DNA from: an uncultured Bacteriovoracaceae bacterium
GTDB lineage: Bacteria; Bdellovibrionota; Bacteriovoracia; Bacteriovoracales; Bacteriovoracaceae
Direction: 5' to 3'
NCBI GenBank assembly: GCA_964012805.1
Contig: CAXGUD010000078.1
Location: 1 to 11,171, forward strand
DNA: 11,171 nt
Each line of letters begins with the position of its first letter. Position 1 is the first letter of the stretch. Positions 1-5,622 of this stretch are shown here, piece after piece. The notes under the pieces are model-generated. The model made no database searches. It was given only the letters and a program-made list of their open reading frames with translations, and was not told where the DNA came from. Position numbers and translations under genes: made by a program.

Positions 1-333
1 AGAGGTTTAGAGGTTTCTTGTGTTGTTGAAGATAGAATTGGAGGCTTTAGTTTTACTTTCAGGGTTGTTGCCAAGCCTGGCTCAAAAAAAGAAAGGCTTT
101 TTCTGGATTGTGAAGGCCGTTTAGTGATAGCCTTAACTGCAAGGCTTGTGGATGGGGAAGCAAATAAAGCGCTGCTTAAAATATTGGGGAAGTTCTTTGG
201 CATTCCAGCTACCAAAATTATTTTGGAAAAAGGAATTAAGTCAAAAATAAAGCAATTTAGGGCGAGCTTCACTTTTACAGACCAGAAGGGACAAGACTAT
301 TATTTTAAAAAGTTGAATGAGAATTTTAAGTGA
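1..333 (+). CDS. yggU: DUF167 / UPF0235 (YggU-like) protein, 5'-truncated by the window edge
   Basis: Frame 1 is open from base 1 to TGA at 331-333, longer than the track ORF at 124. It reads ...FTFRVVAKPGSKKERLFLDCEGRLVIALTARLVDGEANKALLKILGKFFGIPATKIILEKGIKSKIKQF, matching the DUF167 pattern (xKPxAKK ... AxPVDGxANxAL ... G..SR.K). Confidence 0.85.
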   Translation, partial: RGLEVSCVVEDRIGGFSFTFRVVAKPGSKKERLFLDCEGRLVIALTARLVDGEANKALLKILGKFFGIPATKIILEKGIKSKIKQFRASFTFTDQKGQDYYFKKLNENFK

Positions 334-338
334 GGTAG

Positions 339-863
339 TTGGTGGGCAGAATGATTTTAGCTTTTCTCTTAATGGGATACTCTCTTTCTTCTTGGAGTGC
401 TCCCCAAAATGGAACCCAGGCATTTAACGAAGAGAAGTTTGGTGTTGGCAAAGTAAAAGAAAATATTGTCAAAATAAAAACTCTTAAGCCTGAGCAGTAC
501 CTTAGCAGTATTGACTCTTTTCGAAAATCTATAGACCGATTTGTTCGTTATAAGCGAAGGGTATGTAATGGTGAGTTTTCTTCTTTGGTTTTAGAAAATG
601 ATGAAACTGTTAAAGGACAAAAGGAGAGGTTGACCGAAGAGGAAAAGGTTATATGCTTTAGAGAGTTAAAAAGTATTCAAGAAGAATTCATTAAGAATAT
701 GTTTGAAGCAAGAGTTAAATATTTAGACCACCTTCATCAAAAACAAGTCCTGGACCTTAGAAATGCAAAGGACGAGCTTTTGAAAAGTCTGGATAAAACT
801 TTTAGGAGAGTTCTTTTGCAGGCCAAAAAGCAACGAAAAAGAAAGAGAGTCACTCCTCTTTAG
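339..863 (+). CDS. Hypothetical exported, largely alpha-helical protein
   Basis: 174-aa ORF 5 nt after the DUF167 stop. The true start may be ATG at 351. Signal-peptide-like N-terminus (MILAFLLMGYSLSSWSA), two Cys (VCNG, ICFR), charged helical segments and a polybasic tail (KKQRKRKR). No family recognised. Confidence 0.75.
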   Translation: MVGRMILAFLLMGYSLSSWSAPQNGTQAFNEEKFGVGKVKENIVKIKTLKPEQYLSSIDSFRKSIDRFVRYKRRVCNGEFSSLVLENDETVKGQKERLTEEEKVICFRELKSIQEEFIKNMFEARVKYLDHLHQKQVLDLRNAKDELLKSLDKTFRRVLLQAKKQRKRKRVTPL

Positions 864-1053
864 CAAAGCTTTTTGAGCGTGGTCTCACACTTTTCATTCC
901 TTTTATTGATCTCTGTGGTTTTACACAGGCACTTTTTGGAAAGGGTGTTGGTCTTAAACTTGAACCCAGGAACTTAATTGAGCGCGGACTAACTTCTTTT
1001 TTTGAAGTTAATGGTTCCTCATAGTGATCGTTTGAGTTTTTTAAGTTTTTCAT
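850..1053 (-). CDS. Small basic Ser/Pro/Lys/Arg-rich protein (67 aa) of unknown function
   Basis: Strong SD AAGGAG a few nt before the ATG (minus strand: ctgAAGGAGcataaaaaATG). It fills an otherwise empty gap, carries four periodic (V/L)-x-P motifs, and has a candidate upstream promoter. Confidence 0.7.
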   Translation of the reverse strand: MKNLKNSNDHYEEPLTSKKEVSPRSIKFLGSSLRPTPFPKSACVKPQRSIKGMKSVRPRSKSFAKEE

Positions 1054-1059
1054 TTTTTA

Positions 1060-1270
1060 TGCTCCTTCAGAACGTGATGTTCAAATAATGAGAATCCACC
1101 CTTCCTCTTAGGCTAAGAGCCACGAAGCGACAAAAAACTAACTTATTACCTTAAGTGAGATTACCTAATGCCGCATAGGGAAGTAGATCCTTTTTTGTAA
1201 ATTGCTTTCAGCAATGACTTCCCCTTGCTATTGGATTAAACGAAGGCGAACCAGGCTTTGGCCTAGACCG
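1060..1270 (-). ncRNA. Putative structured cis-regulatory leader RNA of unassigned family
   Basis: Hand-paired helices on the minus strand: CUAGGC/GCCUGG (1266-1251); GGUUCGCCUUC (1252-1242) with GAAGGGUGGAUU (1104-1093); GUUUAAU (1241-1235) with AUUAGGU (1169-1163); GGGGAAGU (1224-1217) with ACUUCCCU (1184-1177); AUUGC-UGAAA-GCAAU (1215-1201); GUCGC-UUC-GUGGC (1131-1119); CUCUUA-GCC-UAAGAG (1119-1105). The many G-U pairs form only on this strand. Confidence 0.5.
1132..1159 (-). terminator. Weak intrinsic terminator-like hairpin inside the leader (possible attenuator)
   Basis: Minus strand CUcACUUA-AGGUAA-UAAGUuAG followed directly by UUUUUU. The stem is AU-rich, so it is weak. Confidence 0.3.
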
Positions 1271-1275
1271 TATTG

Positions 1276-1303
1276 ATTATATTAACATACTTTTCTAAAA
1301 CAA
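1276..1303 (-). promoter_or_regulatory. Candidate sigma70 promoter for the leader RNA and small ORF
   Basis: Perfect TATAAT on the minus strand (1281-1276), with TTGTTT 16 nt upstream. The predicted start (~1269) coincides with the beginning of the first hairpin. Confidence 0.45.
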
Positions 1304-1320
1304 AAAATAAAGTTAATTTT

Positions 1321-1348
1321 TGGACATCTCAGTTTTTGTCTTTAAAAT
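1321..1348 (+). promoter_or_regulatory. Candidate sigma70 promoter for the TatT-like gene
   Basis: TGGACA (1321-1326), 16-nt spacer, TAAAAT (1343-1348), upstream of SD GGAGG (1373-1377) and ATG 1386. Confidence 0.4.
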
Positions 1349-1385
1349 CAATAACTATTATTTATTATTGTGGGAGGATTTCAGT

Positions 1386-2384
1386 ATGTTTTGGGAGAAG
1401 CGGTTGTTAACGAAGTTTGTTTATCTTAGTTTCCTACTTTGTCTTTTGTCTTCTTGTAGTAGTATTCAGAGGATGGCAATTGGTGCCGGCTCTGATCTTC
1501 TTTATGAAGCATCGACATCGTTGGAGGAGGAAAATAATTGGGAAACCTTTAAGCAAGGAGTTCCAGGCAACTTAAAGCTTATGGAGGTTCTCCTTTCAGC
1601 AAAGCCAGAAGATGAAAAATTGCTGGTTAATTTGGCAAGAGGGTATGCGGGATATGCTTTCGGAATAAATGAAACTCTCTATTTAAAGGATTTATATCCT
1701 GATAAAAAAGATTACTCGACTCACAAAGAGCAAGCTATTGTAAATTACTCCAAAGCACTTAAGTTTGGTCTTCGTTTTTTGGCATTAAGAGGAATAAGTC
1801 AAAAAGATTTAAGTACAAGTATGAGGGAGAAAGACGGAATAAAAGATCTTTTGGATAAAAACTTGTCTGATTCAAGTCACCATCTGACTGGCGCACTTTT
1901 TACTGGATATTCTTTAGCAGGTCTTATCAATCTATATGGAAAAGATAAAATGGCTTTAGCAGGCCAACTTCCCGTCGCAAAAGGACTTTTTGATTGGGTA
2001 TGTGGAAAAGACCGAAATATAAGTCATGGAGCCTGTGATATATTCTATGGTGGTTATGAAGTTTCAAAACCATTTGGGAATAGAAGTAAGGCCGAAGGAA
2101 TTTTTAAAAAGTTTTTTAAGGAGAACCCTCACAATTGGCTAGGAAGGATGGTTTATGCTCAATACTTTATTATGGAGGGAGGAGAAGAAGAGGACTGGCA
2201 AAAACAAAAGTTATTTATGAAAAAAGCTGAGAGGCTTTTTCAAGATAAAGTCAAATGGATGCCTGGGTATAAGAACCACAAGGTCTTTAAAAACCCAAAT
2301 CTTGGTTTTTATCAGGCCATAGCTCTTAAAAGGTATTCCATCCTAAATGAAATTGTCGAAAAACATAAAGACGATATTTTTTAA
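1386..2384 (+). CDS. TRAP transporter TatT (T-component) family TPR-like lipoprotein
   Basis: Start reassigned from TTG 1320 to ATG 1386 because GGAGG lies 8 nt upstream. Lipoprotein signal with lipobox LSSC. The segment GVPGNLKLMEVLLSAKPEDEKLLVNLARGYAGYAFG and the all-helical body resemble the TatT family. Assignment by recognition, not HMM. Confidence 0.7.
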   Translation: MFWEKRLLTKFVYLSFLLCLLSSCSSIQRMAIGAGSDLLYEASTSLEEENNWETFKQGVPGNLKLMEVLLSAKPEDEKLLVNLARGYAGYAFGINETLYLKDLYPDKKDYSTHKEQAIVNYSKALKFGLRFLALRGISQKDLSTSMREKDGIKDLLDKNLSDSSHHLTGALFTGYSLAGLINLYGKDKMALAGQLPVAKGLFDWVCGKDRNISHGACDIFYGGYEVSKPFGNRSKAEGIFKKFFKENPHNWLGRMVYAQYFIMEGGEEEDWQKQKLFMKKAERLFQDKVKWMPGYKNHKVFKNPNLGFYQAIALKRYSILNEIVEKHKDDIF

Positions 2385-2474
2385 TTAAGATAAATAAAGT
2401 TTGAGTTAATTTAAACCTCATTTTTTCGAAAAGGGATTTGTTGAGAATCTTTCTATTGAAAGGATTTTGAGAAA

Positions 2475-4046
2475 ATGAGGTTTATTTATCTACTGAGTGT
2501 CATGCTAGTGGTTTTATGGAACCATTCCTCGATAGGCATGAGTTTTTTGGGTGAAAAAGAAGAGAGGATTTATAAGGGCCCCTCATTAGATAATTATCCT
2601 TACCCATCAAATATCCAGAGTCCTGGCAAAGATGACTTTTTTCTTGATGGCTTTTATCAAAATAATTTTACCTTTCATTCGATTAGTAAGGAGGTTCTTG
2701 ATTTGAGGACCTTTTGGCGCCATGACTTTTTAGTTAACTCAAGTTGTCCCTTAGCAGATTTTAAAAAAAATGAGCCCTACCTTAGATATTTGTTTAGACT
2801 CGTTTCGATTAGCTATCTTTATGAAAGTTTAAAAATTCATTATGGTTATGGAAAAAAAATAAGAGATAAAAATAACTCTTGTGAAATTAATCCTAGAAAA
2901 ATTTTTATAAGTTGTAGTCCAAAAACAGATGAAATGAATCGCTTTGTTGGAAGGCTTCAAAACCTTAAAAAAAGGGAAGGTAGATATAAAACATTTAAGA
3001 AAAAGATAATAAAAAAATTATTGAATGTTATACCTGATGTTAAAAAAAGGAATGGTACTTTGGGTATCCTCCAAAGCACTTACAAATTATGGTGCAGAAA
3101 AAAAGGAGAAGGAGATTGCAAGACATTGGATTACAAAAGAATGAAAGAGGTTTTAAATTGGGGATGCAAGAGTATTAGAGAAGATATAGAAATTATTTGC
3201 TCAGAAAGAGACTTCTTATTTGGCCTTCATAATATCAAAGAGATGGAGCTTTTATTAGAGTTTTCTCATGTGCTGGGGAAGGTAGATCAAGGAGGATTTC
3301 GAAGAAAGTGTTTAAAAAGGTTTATAGAGGTTTTTAGGGGGCAGGAGTTTTCAAATGATCATCTAAGTATGTCGGCTTCTATGATTCTAGAAAATCTTAG
3401 AAAAAAAGAAAGTAGATATCTTCAGGGAGAGCTTTTTTTATATGGATCTCTGCAGAATTTTGAAAAGAAGGGACTGGGAGACTTTTTGATAAAATCTTCT
3501 CCTCTAAAAAATAAGAAAGTTAATGAAACCATAAAGCCTCTTCCAAAAGTTACTGTTAAAGCTTTTTCAAAAAATAATCCAAGAAAAGTAAAAAAAGAGA
3601 GTGACCCGGAAAAAACAAAATTAAAAGAATTAAAAATTGAAGGGTCACAATTTAAAAAAACCTCTTATGTTTTAAAAAAAACTGGTATGGAAAAAATACC
3701 TTTGAATATGAAAAAATTTAAAAAAGACTTTATTTTTAATGAAGATGTTTCATTGAGGCTCAAGGTTCAATTTGCAGACTTTGAAAACTTTCTTTTTATA
3801 AAGAAATTGAAAAATGAAAGGTCTTTTGGGTCAAAAAAACTTCCAGTCCTTCTACTTTACCTTAAGTTTTTGATTGAACACAAAAGGCACTTGGGCCTCT
3901 ATAACATAACGAATGTTTTAGGCAACAGGTTTTATGTTCTTAACGATTTAGATGATGAAAATGAGCCCGAATTAATAGAACTTAGAAACGATGAAAAAAC
4001 GAATTGGAACTGGCAAATATTCCTCTTGAATTCTAGTGATCCATGA
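2475..4046 (+). CDS. Hypothetical exported Cys-rich two-domain protein (523 aa)
   Basis: Long ORF with AAGGA upstream and a hydrophobic N-terminal signal (MRFIYLLSVMLVVLW). Eight Cys lie in the N-terminal ~280 aa, followed by a Lys/Pro-rich linker and a Cys-free C-terminal domain. Confidence 0.8.
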   Translation: MRFIYLLSVMLVVLWNHSSIGMSFLGEKEERIYKGPSLDNYPYPSNIQSPGKDDFFLDGFYQNNFTFHSISKEVLDLRTFWRHDFLVNSSCPLADFKKNEPYLRYLFRLVSISYLYESLKIHYGYGKKIRDKNNSCEINPRKIFISCSPKTDEMNRFVGRLQNLKKREGRYKTFKKKIIKKLLNVIPDVKKRNGTLGILQSTYKLWCRKKGEGDCKTLDYKRMKEVLNWGCKSIREDIEIICSERDFLFGLHNIKEMELLLEFSHVLGKVDQGGFRRKCLKRFIEVFRGQEFSNDHLSMSASMILENLRKKESRYLQGELFLYGSLQNFEKKGLGDFLIKSSPLKNKKVNETIKPLPKVTVKAFSKNNPRKVKKESDPEKTKLKELKIEGSQFKKTSYVLKKTGMEKIPLNMKKFKKDFIFNEDVSLRLKVQFADFENFLFIKKLKNERSFGSKKLPVLLLYLKFLIEHKRHLGLYNITNVLGNRFYVLNDLDDENEPELIELRNDEKTNWNWQIFLLNSSDP

Positions 4047-4728
4047 ATTTATGATTTGAAATATCATAATCATTTTTCAACTTCCATTTTATTTGAATGA
4101 CTTTACTTACGCCTGAAGAGTTCGCAGCTTTTAAACCAGATTCAGAGTCTTCAAAGATAATTGTTTTTTTAGGAGAAACTCCAAGTCGTGCCATGGTTAG
4201 TAAATATGGAAACGGGTCTGGTTTATTTGGTTTATCCTTAAGTCTTGGAGTAATAATATCAAATAGGTCTAAAATTTTTGCTTTTTTTAGAATTAAATAA
4301 ATTATGGGCTCTTCACTGGCACTAACAAGGCCACAGAAAAGTTTATTTTTTTTAGCTCCCTTCAAAAAGTCAATAAGTCCAGGAATCAGGAATTTCTGAA
4401 ACTCTGTGAAGGGAATGTTTTCAATAATCTCGGAAATGACTTTATTTTTTTGATTAATGAAGTCGTTTTCACTTGATATTTTATTAATAAGAATAGGTCC
4501 ATAACAATTTTCTTTGAAAACTTTTTGATAGACGTCAGGATCGGGCAATCCGGTAAAGTCTTTCTCGAGTATAGAAAGTTCTATATTAAGGTCAGCGGCT
4601 CTTAGAATGTTTTGGAGTGCCAATGCATGGAAAGGCTCTGATTGAATAATAGTCCCGTCCATATCAAAGAGAAACGAGTCATGGTCTTTTAAATCTTTTT
4701 CAAGTGCTTTTTTATCAAGTTTGTCCAT
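4033..4728 (-). CDS. HAD-superfamily hydrolase (beta-phosphoglucomutase/CbbY-like phosphatase, C1 cap)
   Basis: Motif I FDMDGT, motif II VSAS, motif III KPDP, motif IV FEDSESG. Likely start is ATG 4728 or GTG 4731 (AAGGTAAGG upstream) rather than 4800, because the extension overlaps the divergent promoter. Confidence 0.92.
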   Translation of the reverse strand: MDKLDKKALEKDLKDHDSFLFDMDGTIIQSEPFHALALQNILRAADLNIELSILEKDFTGLPDPDVYQKVFKENCYGPILINKISSENDFINQKNKVISEIIENIPFTEFQKFLIPGLIDFLKGAKKNKLFCGLVSASEEPIIYLILKKAKILDLFDIITPRLKDKPNKPDPFPYLLTMARLGVSPKKTIIFEDSESGLKAANSSGVSKVIQIKWKLKNDYDISNHKFMDH

Positions 4729-4770
4729 CACTATAGAAAACCTTACCTTGGTCAATAGAATTTTGTGACG

Positions 4771-4779
4771 TGTTATAAT
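4771..4779 (+). promoter_or_regulatory. Extended -10 sigma70 promoter element for the gene at 4844
   Basis: TGtTATAAT is a perfect TGnTATAAT, about 65 nt upstream of ATG 4844 (SD GAGGAG). Confidence 0.55.
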
Positions 4780-4843
4780 TCCTATGAAAGGAAAGATCAA
4801 TCCTTATTCACGATTCCTTCCCAATTTATTATGAGGAGCACAT

Positions 4844-5236
4844 ATGAATGTATTTACTTCAAATCCTGTAACCCTAAAGAATGATATGGCCAGGGGAAAA
4901 GTGGATGTTCCATCGTCTAAGTCACTAAAACAAGGACAAGGAGTGGCAAGTACTGATGACTCGGTGAGTCTTAGGTCAAAGAAGATGTCTGAGGAAGAAA
5001 TCAGGGCAAAAATAAAGGATATGGAAAATAAGAAAAAAAATAGTTATGGACAGCTTTCTAAAGGCACCAGTCAGTCGGAAATTGAAGGAACTCATGAAGG
5101 AAAGGCTCCTGGAGACCTTTCAAATAATCCTAGGGATCCAGCGACAATTGGGAAATTAAAGGATGTATTAAATGGAGGGACTTTTCCTTTTTCAGAAAAG
5201 GAACGAGAAGTTTTAGGTAAGATTCTAGAAAGCTAA
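4844..5236 (+). CDS. Hypothetical protein (130 aa), largely disordered, with weak FlgM-like motifs
   Basis: Strong SD GAGGAG, its own promoter element, a hydrophilic low-complexity N-terminus, DSVSL motif and helical C-terminus KLKDVLNGGTFPFSEKEREVLGKIL. Confidence 0.8.
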   Translation: MNVFTSNPVTLKNDMARGKVDVPSSKSLKQGQGVASTDDSVSLRSKKMSEEEIRAKIKDMENKKKNSYGQLSKGTSQSEIEGTHEGKAPGDLSNNPRDPATIGKLKDVLNGGTFPFSEKEREVLGKILES

Positions 5237-5258
5237 CTTTTTTTTTGTAATTAAAGAT

Positions 5259-5618
5259 CTATTTGAGAGTTTCATCTACCAGATGAATGAGGTCAGAGGC
5301 CCTGTATGGTTTTTCAATAATCGCCGAAGGTTTTATTCCTGAAGGACTTCCAGAAAACATCGAAGCATAACCAGTAACAAGAATAACTTTTGGTGGGTTC
5401 TTTATTGTTCTTAACTTTTCCAATAGTTCAATTCCATTGCCTTTGGGCATAGCAATATCAGATAGGATGAGGTCAACCCTTTGACTTTTAACGAGGTCGA
5501 TAGCAGCTTCACCACTTGATGCTTCAAGAAAGGCAAAATTGTCTTCGCCAAGAGTTCTCATTATTGCCTGGCGTACGTCCTCTATATCATCCGCGATTAA
5601 GATTACTTTTTTAGACAT
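5259..5618 (-). CDS. Single-domain response regulator (CheY-like receiver)
   Basis: ILIADD acidic pair, phosphoacceptor in LSDIAMP, GIELL, conserved Thr in LVTG and the KP motif (EKPY). No output domain. SD GAGAGG lies in the end of the upstream gene. Confidence 0.95.
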   Translation of the reverse strand: MSKKVILIADDIEDVRQAIMRTLGEDNFAFLEASSGEAAIDLVKSQRVDLILSDIAMPKGNGIELLEKLRTIKNPPKVILVTGYASMFSGSPSGIKPSAIIEKPYRASDLIHLVDETLK

Positions 5619-5622
5619 GTAT

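Noticed and set aside
241..423. 60-aa minus-strand ORF
   Set aside because: Antisense shadow of two better supported genes, with no recognisable motif.
1156..1183. Plus-strand TGAGAttACC-TAATGCCGCATAGGGAAG resembles TPP riboswitch pieces (CUGAGA ... UAAUGCCAGCGUAGGGAAG) upstream of a transporter component
   Set aside because: The intervening ACCUGAUCnGG segment that forms P4/P5 and the 5' G-rich P2 strand are absent, so the aptamer cannot fold. G-U bias favours the minus strand. A cmsearch with the Rfam TPP model would settle it.
1093..1215. T-box-like words on the minus strand (GCUGAAAG loop, AGGGUGGA)
   Set aside because: No AGAGA bulge, no UGGNACCGCG completion, no downstream terminator and no amino-acid-related gene.
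1060..1270. 6S RNA, SRP RNA, RNase P RNA or tmRNA as identity of the structured region
   Set aside because: No end-to-end rod with central bubble, no SRP domain IV motif, no GAGGAAAGUCC and no tRNA-like ends seen by eye.
1320..1385. N-terminal extension of the TatT ORF from TTG 1320
   Set aside because: It overlaps a promoter-like motif. The SD and lipoprotein signal length fit ATG 1386.
2402..2426. TGAG...CTCA inverted repeat followed by T6 after tatT
   Set aside because: Only a 4-bp firm stem, too weak to call a terminator.
4097..4300. 67-aa plus-strand ORF
   Set aside because: Entirely antisense to the HAD hydrolase gene; shadow ORF.
4790..4816. Possible sigma28 promoter upstream of the FlgM-like gene
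   Set aside because: Only CGAT matches GCCGATAA and there is no properly spaced TAAA. The extended -10 at 4771-4779 is a better explanation.
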